Positions 45,616-55,171 of a stretch of DNA of 64,000 bases are shown here, one piece after another (within the stretch, counting starts at the first letter, position 1; each line of letters starts with the position of its first letter). Source of the DNA: Armatimonadota bacterium (GTDB taxonomy: Bacteria > Armatimonadota > SYMT01); contig JAWLHY010000003.1 of the NCBI GenBank assembly GCA_041690135.1, positions 896,001 through 960,000 of the forward strand. Direction: 5' to 3'. Below the pieces are notes generated by a model. It was not told where the DNA came from. It did not search any database and saw nothing but the letters and a program-made list of their open reading frames with translations. The position numbers were made by a program, and so were the translations under genes.

Positions 45616-48558
45616 GTGCCTGAGCTTCGTATTGGGGGACGACTGAACCGGCGTTACCGCATCCAGCGCTTCGTGGCGGCGGGTGGTTTCGGCGAGGTGT
45701 ACCAGGCCCACGACACGCGGCTCAACGTGGACGTGGCGCTCAAGGTGCTCAAGGATGCGGTGCGGCGAGACGCGCGGTCGCGCGAGGACTTCCTGACGGA
45801 GGCGCAGCGGCAGGCGGTACTGCGGGGCCATCCGCACGTGGTGAACGTGCTGGATGTGGATGAGGTGGAGCACGACGGCGAGCCGTTCCCCTTCTGCATC
45901 ATGGAATGGCTGCCCGGCGGGACGCTCCAGCAGTCGGTCCCGACCGGCGGGGCGCGCCCCGACATCGACCAGGTGCGGCGCTGGATGGGCCAGGCGGCGG
46001 ATGCGCTGGCGGCCTCGGCCGAGCGGCAGATGGTCCATAGAGACGTGAAGCCCGGCAACATTTTCCGGGATGGCACCGGTATCGCCAAACTGGGCGACTT
46101 CGGCCTGGCGAAGATGCTCACCCGCAGCGTGGCGCAGGTGAGCCAGCAGATCGGCACCCTCGCCTTTATGGCGCCGGAGCAGTTCAAGGTGGGCGGCCAG
46201 ATCACGCCGGCGGCGGACGTTTTTGCCCTGGGCAGCACCCTCTGGCTGATGCTGGTGGGCAAGGTCCCGCTCCAGTACGGTGGGCAGATGTTGGTCACTC
46301 CTGGACACGTCACGCCTCGCCTGAGGAACGTTCTCGCCAACTGCCCGGCCGATCTCGATGAGCTGGTCGCCGCCATGCTCGAGGCGGACCCGGCCCGCCG
46401 GCCCACCGCCAGCGAGGCACGCGACCTGCTGTGGGCGCCGCTTTCCGGGCGGACAGCCCCGTCCGTGTCGCTGCCGAGCGCACCGGCCGCGCCTGCTCCC
46501 GGCGCGGCCACCACTCCGCCGGGGACCACCGGCAAACCGTCCCGTGGGCTGTTCTCCGGCTGGAACCTGTTCCGGTCCGCCACGGCGAGCCGCTCGGTGG
46601 TACTGCCGGGCCAGGATGCGGTGATGGCGACCGAGCGCCTGAACTCCCCCGCGGCTCCCAAACCAGCCACGCAGCCGGCGTCCAGTGCGGCGGCTCCGGT
46701 GCCGGCGCACGGAGAGCGAGCCCGCTGGTCCGACCCGGAGGAGGATGCACCGCTGCCTGCGAAAGCGGCTCTCTGCTTCGGCTCGCCCCGGTTTCGGCAC
46801 GACGGGAACATCGTGGCCGTAGCGGTGACCCCGGACGGTCGCCGTGCGGTCGCCGCCTGCGAGGACCGCACGCTGCGGGTGTGGGACCTCGTAACCGGCC
46901 GGGAGTTACGCTGCCTGGTGGGGCATACCGATCACGTGCTGGCCGTGGCGATCACTCCCGACAGCCGGCGGGCCGTGAGCGCCGCCGCCGATAAGAGCTT
47001 GCGGGTATGGGACCTCGAGAGCGGCTACGAGATCTGTGCGATGACCGGGCATACCGACGCAGTGCGCGCTGTTACCCTCACGCCGAACGGCCGCTGTGTG
47101 GTTTCCGGCAGCGCCGATCGCTCCGTGCAGGTGTGGGACCTCGAGTCCGGCCGGGACCTCTTCTGGCTCGGGCGGCACACCGGGCCGGTACACGCGGTGG
47201 CGGTGACCCAGGACGGCAAGTACGTCGTGAGCGCGGGCGCGGATTCCACCCTGCGCGTCTGGGACCTGGTCGCCCGCCAGGAACTGTACCGGATCGAAGG
47301 CTCCGCGGGCATCATCTATTCTGTCGCCCTCACGCCCGACGGCACCCAGATCGTGGCGGGAAACTACGACTATTCCGTCACCGTGTGGGAGATGGAGACC
47401 GGGCGCGAGATCCACCGGTTGCTGGGCCACACGGCGCCGGTCTCCTCGGTGGCGGTCACGCCCGATGGGACCCGGATCGTCTCCGCCGGCCGCGATGGAG
47501 TCGTGCGCGTGTGGGATCTCGTCACGGGAGCGGAAGTCTACGTCTTCCAGGGGCACGATGGCCCGGTCAATGGGGTGACGGTGACTCCCGACCGCCGCTT
47601 CGCGGTGTCGGGCAGCGACGACCGTACCCTGCGCATGTGGAATCTGGAGACCGGCGAGGAGCACCGTCGGGTGCAGGGTCATACCCGGTCAGTCACCTGC
47701 GCGGCCATCTCGCCGGACGGGCGGTTTGCCGTCTCCGGTAGCTGGGACCGCACCCTCCGCGTGTGGGATATCCGCCGGGGCTCCGAGCTCTGCCGCCTGG
47801 AAGGGCATGGAAGCACCGTGTTCGCGACCACCATTCTCCCGGACTCGGTGCGCGCCGTTTCCGCCAGTGGCGACGGTACCCTGGGGATCTGGTCGCTGGA
47901 GAGCGGGCAGGAGCTTTCGCGCCTGAGCGGTCACGTGGGCGCCATCCGCGGCCTGGCCGTGCTGCCGAACGGGCAGCGGGCCATTTCCTCCGGAGATGAC
48001 CGCACGCTGCGGCTGTGGGATCTCACCACCGGCCAGGAGATTCGGCAGATCGACGTGCGACCGTACATCGCCACGGCCCTGGCGGTGACGCCGGACGGGA
48101 GACGCGCCGTCTGCGCCGCCGACGACCGCACCCTCCGTGTGTGGGACCTGGAAGCAGGACGCGAGAGACGGCGGATGGAAGGCCATACCTCCACGGTCCA
48201 CGCCGTGGCCATGTCGCCCGCCGGTAAACTGGCCGTCTCGGCCGGCGGGGACGGCACCCTGCGCGTGTGGGACATCGACAGCGGCCGGGAGCGGCGACGG
48301 TTGGAGGGGCACGACGGCAACGTCTATTCCGTTTGCATTTCTCCCGACGGCCGGCATGCGGTGTCGGCCGGCTACGACGAGACGCTCCGCGTGTGGGACC
48401 TCGAGCGCGGCCAGGCGGTGAGCACCCTCCACAATCCCTTTGTCCCGCTCTGCCTCACCCTTGCGCCCAGCGGGAACTGGGTGCTCACCGGCAACGCCAA
48501 CACCAGCCTCACCCTCTATACCTTCGCCGCGGTCCTGGCCGGCGACACCGGAATCTAA
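45616..48558 (+). CDS. Hanks-type Ser/Thr kinase with about 14 WD40 repeats
   Basis: GGFGEVY, VALK, HRDVKPGN, DFG, APE; 14 GH..WD-type repeats; no TM. Confidence 0.95.
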   Translation: MPELRIGGRLNRRYRIQRFVAAGGFGEVYQAHDTRLNVDVALKVLKDAVRRDARSREDFLTEAQRQAVLRGHPHVVNVLDVDEVEHDGEPFPFCIMEWLPGGTLQQSVPTGGARPDIDQVRRWMGQAADALAASAERQMVHRDVKPGNIFRDGTGIAKLGDFGLAKMLTRSVAQVSQQIGTLAFMAPEQFKVGGQITPAADVFALGSTLWLMLVGKVPLQYGGQMLVTPGHVTPRLRNVLANCPADLDELVAAMLEADPARRPTASEARDLLWAPLSGRTAPSVSLPSAPAAPAPGAATTPPGTTGKPSRGLFSGWNLFRSATASRSVVLPGQDAVMATERLNSPAAPKPATQPASSAAAPVPAHGERARWSDPEEDAPLPAKAALCFGSPRFRHDGNIVAVAVTPDGRRAVAACEDRTLRVWDLVTGRELRCLVGHTDHVLAVAITPDSRRAVSAAADKSLRVWDLESGYEICAMTGHTDAVRAVTLTPNGRCVVSGSADRSVQVWDLESGRDLFWLGRHTGPVHAVAVTQDGKYVVSAGADSTLRVWDLVARQELYRIEGSAGIIYSVALTPDGTQIVAGNYDYSVTVWEMETGREIHRLLGHTAPVSSVAVTPDGTRIVSAGRDGVVRVWDLVTGAEVYVFQGHDGPVNGVTVTPDRRFAVSGSDDRTLRMWNLETGEEHRRVQGHTRSVTCAAISPDGRFAVSGSWDRTLRVWDIRRGSELCRLEGHGSTVFATTILPDSVRAVSASGDGTLGIWSLESGQELSRLSGHVGAIRGLAVLPNGQRAISSGDDRTLRLWDLTTGQEIRQIDVRPYIATALAVTPDGRRAVCAADDRTLRVWDLEAGRERRRMEGHTSTVHAVAMSPAGKLAVSAGGDGTLRVWDIDSGRERRRLEGHDGNVYSVCISPDGRHAVSAGYDETLRVWDLERGQAVSTLHNPFVPLCLTLAPSGNWVLTGNANTSLTLYTFAAVLAGDTGI

Positions 48559-48562
48559 CACC

Positions 48563-50662
48563 ATGCTCACCGAAAAGCTCACCCAGAAGTTCACCGGCAA
48601 GGGGCCCGGCGCGAAACGTGTCAAGGGTCGCGCCTTTCTCTGGATCGGCTCCATCCTTATCGGCCTGGTCTCCTTCGCGGGAATCTGGGCGCTGCAGGCG
48701 GCGCTGGTGGGGGCGAAGTTCTATCCGCTCATCGCGCTGCAGGGGGTGGTTTACGACCGGGGTATGACCGCTCACGCCCGCGGCTACCAGGCGGCCCACG
48801 TGGAACCTGGCGATGTGGTGGTGATCGAGGTCAAGGAGAGCACGCTCCAGAACTTCGAGGACGGGCTGACGGGCCTGGTTCCAGGTGTGGCCGGAACGCA
48901 CAACTACTCGGACCATCCGCGCGTGTTTCACACCCGCCTGCTGCAGAACCTGACCCGGTGGGGAGCGAAGACGGTGGTGTTCGACATGGTGTTCGGCGCG
49001 CCGCAGCCCGAGTTCGACAAAGCGTTCGCGGATGCGATCCGCGCGCACGGCAACGTGATCCTGGCGGCCTCCCAGGAGCGCAGCGTGGAAGCCGGCGGCC
49101 AGGGGGAGGTGACCAGCCTGACGCGGCCCACCGCCGATCTCCGCGAAGCCGCCGCGGGGATTGGGGTCGCCAACATCGACAAGGACATCGACCAGGCACT
49201 CCGGCAGTTCACGTGGTGGTACAAGAGCTTTGACGAGGACACCCTGGAAGACACGAACTTCCCGGCCCTGGGCGTGGCGGCCGCGGCACTCTTCAAGGGG
49301 GAGAGCCCGAAGGAGATCGTCAGGACCCCGCCGCAGTTCCAGTGGAGCTTCCTGGGGCACCCGGTCCGGTGGACCGACTTCGGCGGCTCCCGCGCGTCCT
49401 TCATCCGGTACTACGGCGAGGCCGGTTTCCCTTCCGGTAAGAACTCCGTCATCCAGTATGAGCAGGTGGTGAAGCGCGGCCAGGATGCCACGGACGACGA
49501 GCGCCTGCGCAAGCTCTTCTCCGGCAAGCTGGTATTCGTGGGGGATGCCACCCTATTGGGCCAGGACGTCCACCGGGTCCCCGTGATCTCCTCCAGCCAG
49601 GGGCTGGGTGACACGCAGAATATGGCGGGGGTAGAGGTCCAGGCCCACGCGGCCCAGACGCTGTTGACGGGGCAATATCCGGTGGCGGTGTCCCCCGTGG
49701 TCAATGCGCTGGTGGTGCTGGCCGCCTGTCTGCTGGCCGCGGTACTGGGGCGGCTGTTCACACCCACGGTCCTGGTGCCGGCTGTGGGCGTGCTGATCGC
49801 GGTCTTCTGGTTCGGGAGCATCCAGCTCCTGGGCAGCGCCAACGTGTGGTGGGAGCCGGTGACCGCCTCCGTGGGTCTCGTCACCGCCGCCGCGGGTGAG
49901 ACCGCCTTCATGTTCGTGGCCGAGCGCAAGCAGCGGGAGAAGGCCAAGCGCCAGCTCAACCGCCACGTGGGCGCCGGCGTGGCCGACAAGCTGACCGAGG
50001 ACGAATGGCAGGAGATGGGCGGCGAGACCCGTGAAATCACGATGCTCTTCTCCGACCTTCAGGGGTTCACCAGCCTCTCCGAGAACATGACCAGCCCGGA
50101 GATCTGTTCGCTGCTCAACCGGTACTTCGAGGTGATCTTCCCCATCCTCTTCGAGCACGGGGGCACGTTGGACAAGCTGATGGGGGACGGCATGATGGCC
50201 TACTTCGGCTGGCCGCAGCGGCAGCACGACCACGCGGCCCGCGCCATCCGCTGCGCCATCGAGATGCAGCAGGCCCTGGAAGAGTGGCAGCGGCAACCGG
50301 AGTTCGCGGGCGCTCCGCCGCTCCGGACGCGCGTCGGCATCCACACGGGGGCCGCGACGGTCGGCGAAATCGGCGCTCTCGATCGTGTCGGCTTTACGGT
50401 GATCGGGGACGTGGTAAACGTTGCCTCGCGCCTCGAAGGGATGAACAAGGACTTCGGCACCACCATCCTGATCAGCGACGCGACCCGCAGCTCGGCCGGC
50501 GAGATCGTTCCGATGACCCACCGCGGCGTGGCGACGGTCCGTGGGCGCAAGGAGCCGATGCCGGTCTATTCGGTGGACAGCGCCACCTCCACCGGCCGCC
50601 AGCGGACCGGGCGCACGGGCAGCGCCAGCTTCCAGGTGACGGACACCCAGTCCGGAGGTTAA
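48563..50662 (+). CDS. CHASE2-domain class III adenylate/guanylate cyclase
   Basis: N-terminal TM, CHASE2 (FDMVF, GKLVFVG, GVEVQA), 3 TM, FSDLQGFT, DKLMGDG, TVIGDVVNVASRLE (K/T pattern suggests ATP specificity). Confidence 0.93.
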   Translation: MLTEKLTQKFTGKGPGAKRVKGRAFLWIGSILIGLVSFAGIWALQAALVGAKFYPLIALQGVVYDRGMTAHARGYQAAHVEPGDVVVIEVKESTLQNFEDGLTGLVPGVAGTHNYSDHPRVFHTRLLQNLTRWGAKTVVFDMVFGAPQPEFDKAFADAIRAHGNVILAASQERSVEAGGQGEVTSLTRPTADLREAAAGIGVANIDKDIDQALRQFTWWYKSFDEDTLEDTNFPALGVAAAALFKGESPKEIVRTPPQFQWSFLGHPVRWTDFGGSRASFIRYYGEAGFPSGKNSVIQYEQVVKRGQDATDDERLRKLFSGKLVFVGDATLLGQDVHRVPVISSSQGLGDTQNMAGVEVQAHAAQTLLTGQYPVAVSPVVNALVVLAACLLAAVLGRLFTPTVLVPAVGVLIAVFWFGSIQLLGSANVWWEPVTASVGLVTAAAGETAFMFVAERKQREKAKRQLNRHVGAGVADKLTEDEWQEMGGETREITMLFSDLQGFTSLSENMTSPEICSLLNRYFEVIFPILFEHGGTLDKLMGDGMMAYFGWPQRQHDHAARAIRCAIEMQQALEEWQRQPEFAGAPPLRTRVGIHTGAATVGEIGALDRVGFTVIGDVVNVASRLEGMNKDFGTTILISDATRSSAGEIVPMTHRGVATVRGRKEPMPVYSVDSATSTGRQRTGRTGSASFQVTDTQSGG

Positions 50663-50943
50663 CAGCAACCGCGGCAGGTGGAACGGGTGCGGGAAGTGAT
50701 AACGTGCCGGTTCCGCCTGCCGTTGCGTTTGCCGGGCGTGGGGTCGGCGCAAGAGCTACGTCCGTCCACCTGTCGTGAGTTGGGTGGGTGTCCAGGGGTT
50801 GGTGGGACGTATCTGAACGGTTTTGACCACCCGCCACGAACCTGTTTCTCCACCCGGATCCGCGAGGTTTGCCGGAGTGACGGCGCTTGCGCGGCCGTGT
50901 GATGGGAAAAAGTACCTGCTGAGTTGATTGCACGCACCCTTGG

Positions 50944-51325
50944 GTAGGGGAACGGTCGCCGTCCCTTCCCCAGCGCATAGTTCCGCACCCATTGGCCAAC
51001 CATGCAGTGCCCCTGGCCTGCGGTGGCGCGGTGGCCCGTGCTGCATAACGGGATCATTGCCGATACGCCACGTGCGGCACTCGGACATAACGGCGGTGCG
51101 TGGCGCGTGACGGTTGCGGAGGCAAGGTCCTGGTCGGCGACAGTCCTAACTCCGCCGGGTGTACGAGCCGACCCCTACCCACGCGCATATCGGCCGACTT
51201 CGTCACAGTGGCTTCACGGTCCCACAACCGCGTACACCAACAGGGCACACCGGCCCGGTCCGCATATGCAATTTTGCATACGCTCATCAGCCCCATCGCA
51301 GGGCAAGCACGGCGGCTGCCCCTAC
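50944..51325. repeat. GTAG-type REP cluster
   Basis: GTAGGGGAACGG..TTCCC (50944, +); ..ACCCCTAC (51157-51178) and GGGCAAGC..TGCCCCTAC (51301-51325) on the minus strand. Confidence 0.6.
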
Positions 51326-51560
51326 ACTTCGGGTCACCAGGGCATTGTGTCGCAGAGCCGCCACTGAAAATCCGCCCTCCTTATCCTCATCCTCATCGCC
51401 ACAGCCTCCATGGTTAGCGGGTCTCCGCTCCGGGTAACACCGGCTGAAGACGGCCTCCAGGCGCAAAGCCAGTGGGGGCGTAACCGAATCAGAGATAACC
51501 CTCCGGCTACTGCCGGGGTTGTGTTTCCGAACCCTGTGGGGGGAGGTAAGGGAGAAAGCG

Positions 51561-51824
51561 ATGGGATTTCTTGCCTGGATCGTGGTTGGCTTGATTGCGG
51601 GCTGGCTCGCGAAGATGGTGGTTCCGGGTCGGGAGCCGGGTGGCTTCTTTGCCACGCTGGCCATCGGTGTCGTGGGCGCCATTCTCGGCGGGTGGATCTG
51701 GAACCTCTTCGGCGGCGTGGGCGCCACCGGTATTAACCTGGGCAGTATCCTGGTAGCCTTCGTAGGGTCCGTGGTCCTGCTGTTGCTCTACCACGCGGTA
51801 GTTAGCCCCCGCAGCCGGGTATAA
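51561..51824 (+). CDS. GlsB/YeaQ/YmgE family stress membrane protein
   Basis: WIVVGLIAGWLAK..PG, GVVGAILGG, three TM. Confidence 0.92.
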   Translation: MGFLAWIVVGLIAGWLAKMVVPGREPGGFFATLAIGVVGAILGGWIWNLFGGVGATGINLGSILVAFVGSVVLLLLYHAVVSPRSRV

Positions 51825-51883
51825 GGGCTCCGGGTTCCGATGGAGAACCCCGAGGCAGGATCGGATAGACGGGAGGAGAGACG

Positions 51884-52189
51884 ATGGCCTCACAGACGAA
51901 GACGACGACGAACCACGACGAGATCCGTCGCTGGGCGGAAGAGCGAGGCGGCTGTCCCGCGCGTGTGAAGGGTACGGGTGGTGGTGAGGACGCCGGGTTG
52001 ATCCGCATCGACTTCCCGGGCTACACCGGCCAGCAGTCGCTGGAGCGGATCTCCTGGGAAGAGTTCTTCGAGAAGTTCGAGGAGAAGAAGCTCGCCCTGA
52101 TCTACCGCGACGAGACGGCCTCCGGCGAGCCGAACCACTTCAACAAGCTCATCAGCCGCGAGACCGCCGAGGAGCGCAAAGCCGCCTGA
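51884..52189 (+). CDS. Conserved small hypothetical protein
   Basis: 'TTNHDEIRRWAEERGGCPARV...IRIDFP...ISWEEFFEKFEE' conserved-looking motif; strong RBS. Confidence 0.8.
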   Translation: MASQTKTTTNHDEIRRWAEERGGCPARVKGTGGGEDAGLIRIDFPGYTGQQSLERISWEEFFEKFEEKKLALIYRDETASGEPNHFNKLISRETAEERKAA

Positions 52190-52296
52190 GGGGCCAACGT
52201 AACTTCCGGAAACCGACAACGCGGGACCGCCCCAAGACGGGCGGCCCCGCGTTGCTGCGTCAACCCAAACACCAAATGGCTTCTGCGTCACATCCA

Positions 52297-52326
52297 TTGC
52301 GCTGTCTCTCAGGGTTATGCTATGAT
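52297..52326 (+). promoter_or_regulatory. Sigma70-type promoter of rplS
   Basis: TTGCGC-N18-TATGAT with extended -10 TG; AGGAGG RBS downstream. Confidence 0.65.
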
Positions 52327-52349
52327 GGCGCCCTAGGAGGAACCGTCTA

Positions 52350-52706
52350 ATGAACTTGATCCAATCCATCGAGCAGGAGCAGCTCAAGGATAGCGTGCCG
52401 GACTTCCGCGCCGGAGATACCGTGCGGGTATATGTCAAGGTCATTGAGGGGGGCAAGGAACGGATCCAGCCGTTCGAGGGAGTCGTCATTACCAAGCGGA
52501 ATGAAGGCCTGAAGTCCACCTTCACCGTCCGGAAGATTTCCCATGCCATCGGCGTCGAGCGCAGCTTCATGCTCCACTCCCCGCGCATCGACCGCGTAGA
52601 AGTCGTCCGCCACGGCGCCGTGCGCCGGGCCAAGCTGTACTACCTGCGCGAGAAGGTCGGCCGCGCCGCCCGCATCAAAGAAGACCGCAACCGCAAGTCG
52701 TCCTAA
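52350..52706 (+). CDS. rplS: 50S ribosomal protein L19
   Basis: [41 protein letters not shown]. Confidence 0.99.
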   Translation: MNLIQSIEQEQLKDSVPDFRAGDTVRVYVKVIEGGKERIQPFEGVVITKRNEGLKSTFTVRKISHAIGVERSFMLHSPRIDRVEVVRHGAVRRAKLYYLREKVGRAARIKEDRNRKSS

Positions 52707-52852
52707 CCCACCCGCCCCGACCCGCAGGGGAGCGAGTTTGTCCGTGCCGCCGGATTCCATTTGACGGTTCCGCGCATTGAGGCGACGTGGCGAAAGAACG
52801 TTCCCACTTCGATCGTGGCCTGTTCCCGGCTTGAACCTGGACAAAGCAGCGA

Positions 52853-52892
52853 GCGCGAGCCACCCGGTAGGGTGGCTCGCGTTGTTTTATTT
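52853..52892 (+). terminator. Intrinsic terminator between rplS and lepB
   Basis: GCGCGAGCCACCC-GGTA-GGGTGGCTCGCGT followed by TGTTTTATTT. Confidence 0.75.
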
Positions 52893-52897
52893 GAACC

Positions 52898-53926
52898 ATG
52901 GAGTGGCTCGCTAACCTCAGCGTGAAATGGGTGCTGGTGCTCGTGGGGCTGCTGCTCGTGGCCCGACGGCTGCTGCTGCGTCCGGCGGCGACCCGGAGCC
53001 TGGAACTGGGCGCCTCGCGGGAGTTCCTCGAGTCGGCGCTGGTGGCGTTGGTCGTCGTGTTCCTGATCGTCCGGCCGTTCGTCGCCCAGGCGTACTTCAT
53101 CCCCTCGTCCAGCATGCATCCCACGCTGCGGGTATCGGATCGGATCGTGGTGAACAAGCTGGTGTACCGGTTCAAGCGACCGGAACCGGGCGAGATCGTC
53201 GTATTCCAGCCCCCCGCCGACCGTGTCCCGGTACAGAAGGACTACATCAAGCGGGTCATCGGCCGGCCGGGGCAGACGGTGGAAGTCGTCCCGCAGCGCC
53301 TGCTGGTGGACGACCAGACCCTGCTCCGGATCACGCGCAAGCCGGCCTCCGATCTCCGGCTGGAGAACTACGATCCTGTGGCGGACATCGGGTTCACCTA
53401 TCCGATCGGCGGGGGGAGTGTCTCGCTTCAGGACGGAAGGGCCATCCTGACGAGTGGAGTGGTAACGGACCTGACGGTGGCGGCTTATCAACCGGGGGAT
53501 CGCATCGAACACCAGGCGAACATGGTCCTCCTCAATAGCGAGCCGTTGATCGTCGTTCCGTTCGGGCCGATCACCGCCTCGGACGACCTCTCCCGCTGGG
53601 GAGGCGACCGCGACCTGGAGGGAACGGTCTTCTCCGTGGACGGCAACCCCCGGCTGATCCTGGTTAAGGGAAAAAAACTCTCGGTGGACGAGGGGCATGT
53701 GCTGGCCGACGGCCGGCGCCTCGTGGAGCCGTACCTGGCGGAGCCCCCGGCCTACGCAATGGCGCCCCTGCGCCTGGGACCGGGAGAGTACTTCGTGATG
53801 GGGGACAACCGGAATGAAAGCTCCGACAGCCACGAGTGGGGCCCGCTTCCCGAGGACCACATCATCGGCCGCGCGGAGTTGATCTTCTGGCCGCGCTTCC
53901 GCTGGATTCATACTCGAAAGCCCTGA
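52898..53926 (+). CDS. lepB: Signal peptidase I
   Basis: IPSSSMHPTL (Ser), YIKRVIG (Lys), GDNRNESSDS. Confidence 0.95.
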   Translation: MEWLANLSVKWVLVLVGLLLVARRLLLRPAATRSLELGASREFLESALVALVVVFLIVRPFVAQAYFIPSSSMHPTLRVSDRIVVNKLVYRFKRPEPGEIVVFQPPADRVPVQKDYIKRVIGRPGQTVEVVPQRLLVDDQTLLRITRKPASDLRLENYDPVADIGFTYPIGGGSVSLQDGRAILTSGVVTDLTVAAYQPGDRIEHQANMVLLNSEPLIVVPFGPITASDDLSRWGGDRDLEGTVFSVDGNPRLILVKGKKLSVDEGHVLADGRRLVEPYLAEPPAYAMAPLRLGPGEYFVMGDNRNESSDSHEWGPLPEDHIIGRAELIFWPRFRWIHTRKP

Positions 53927-53927
53927 C

Positions 53928-54659
53928 ATGCCGCGCCGTGCCGCTTCCTCACCCCGACTCGACCTGTCTTTCTCGGAATGCGCTCCCGACTGGGAGTGGG
54001 AGTTCCGGCTACGCACGGAAGGCTGGAAGATCATCGCCGGCGTGGACGAGGCCGGACGGGGACCGCTCGCCGGTCCCGTCGTGGCGGCGGCGGTCGTCCT
54101 GCCTCACCCGTTGGAACTGGAAGGCCTCCGCGACTCCAAGTGCCTGAAAGAGGCGCAGCGAGACCGGCTGTACGCCTCTATCGTGGGTGCGGCGGAGTGC
54201 TGGGCGGTGGCGGCGGTGGAGCCGGACGAGATCGACCGGGTCAACATCCTGCGGGCGACGCACCTGGCCATGGCGCGGGCCCTCGCACAACTTGCAAATT
54301 CACCATGCGGGGCCCTGGTGGACGGCCTGCCGGTGCGGGGGCTCCCCTGCCCACACCGGGCGATCGTCAAGGGGGACGCCTGCTGCATGTCCATCGCCGC
54401 GGCCTCCATCCTGGCAAAGGTCACCCGGGACCGCCTGATGACCGCGCTGGACGAGCAGTATCCCGGCTACGGCTTCGCCCGTCACAAGGGCTATCCCACT
54501 CCCGATCACCTGGCCGCCCTGCGCGAATTGGGTCCGTCGCCCTGCCATCGTCGGTCCTTCCGGCCGGTGGCGGAGCTGATTGACCTTGCCGGCTCGGGTT
54601 CCGCATTGCCGGAGAATGCGAAGGCAGGATTCGGCGACGCTCTTTTCGATGGGACGTAG
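53928..54659 (+). CDS. rnhB: Ribonuclease HII
   Basis: GVDEAGRGPLAGPV, DSK, NILRAT, VDG, AAASILAKVTRD, HKGY. Confidence 0.97.
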   Translation: MPRRAASSPRLDLSFSECAPDWEWEFRLRTEGWKIIAGVDEAGRGPLAGPVVAAAVVLPHPLELEGLRDSKCLKEAQRDRLYASIVGAAECWAVAAVEPDEIDRVNILRATHLAMARALAQLANSPCGALVDGLPVRGLPCPHRAIVKGDACCMSIAAASILAKVTRDRLMTALDEQYPGYGFARHKGYPTPDHLAALRELGPSPCHRRSFRPVAELIDLAGSGSALPENAKAGFGDALFDGT

Positions 54660-54706
54660 TCAGCGGATATCCCGCCAGATTAATCGGTTCACCGTGTCCG
54701 GCGCAG

Positions 54707-55064
54707 AGATTCCCCTACGGCAAGACAGGTAGGAGAACGAGACAGAGCAGGCATCGGAGAGCCTGCCCTACACGGGCCGCTCTCTGCACCTTCACGGTTA
54801 TCCAGACGCTTGCGCGTGTACAAAGTCGGGACCTGCAGGTTGGGGTAGGTTCGTGGAGTGTAGGGCCGGAACTCCGCCCCGGCCTGGAGATGGATTCGGT
54901 ATCGGTCACGCCGGCCGGCGCACGAGACCGAGTACGCGCCAATCGAGAGGCTCGGGTCCAGGGCAAAGCCACAGCGCCCAGTTCCCGAGATCCTGCCTTT
55001 GAGTTCACACGGCGGGACGGGTGCAAACGCAAGACACGGCAGGCATCGGAGAGCCCGCCCTACA
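54707..55064. repeat. GTAG-type REP cluster
   Basis: GCAGGCATCGGAGAGCC(T/C)GCCCTACA at 54747 and 55039; GTAGGGCCG..CGGCC at about 54860. Confidence 0.7.
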
Positions 55065-55171
55065 TCGGTGCGTGCCCACAAGGAGTTCCCTTCGGCAAGA
55101 TCAGCGACACGATGCTCTTCTTTTGCCAACTGTGGGCATGACCATCGGAACTCTCGCAAACAAGTGATCCA

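Noticed and set aside
46800-48520. WD40 DNA repeats as a DGR target or recent amplification
   Set aside because: Units are clearly diverged, with no adenine-specific TR/VR pair and no reverse transcriptase in the window
51455-51510. GCGCAAAGCC resembling the c-di-GMP-I riboswitch core
   Set aside because: No GGCAAA..GAAA P2 stem or recognisable P3 consensus
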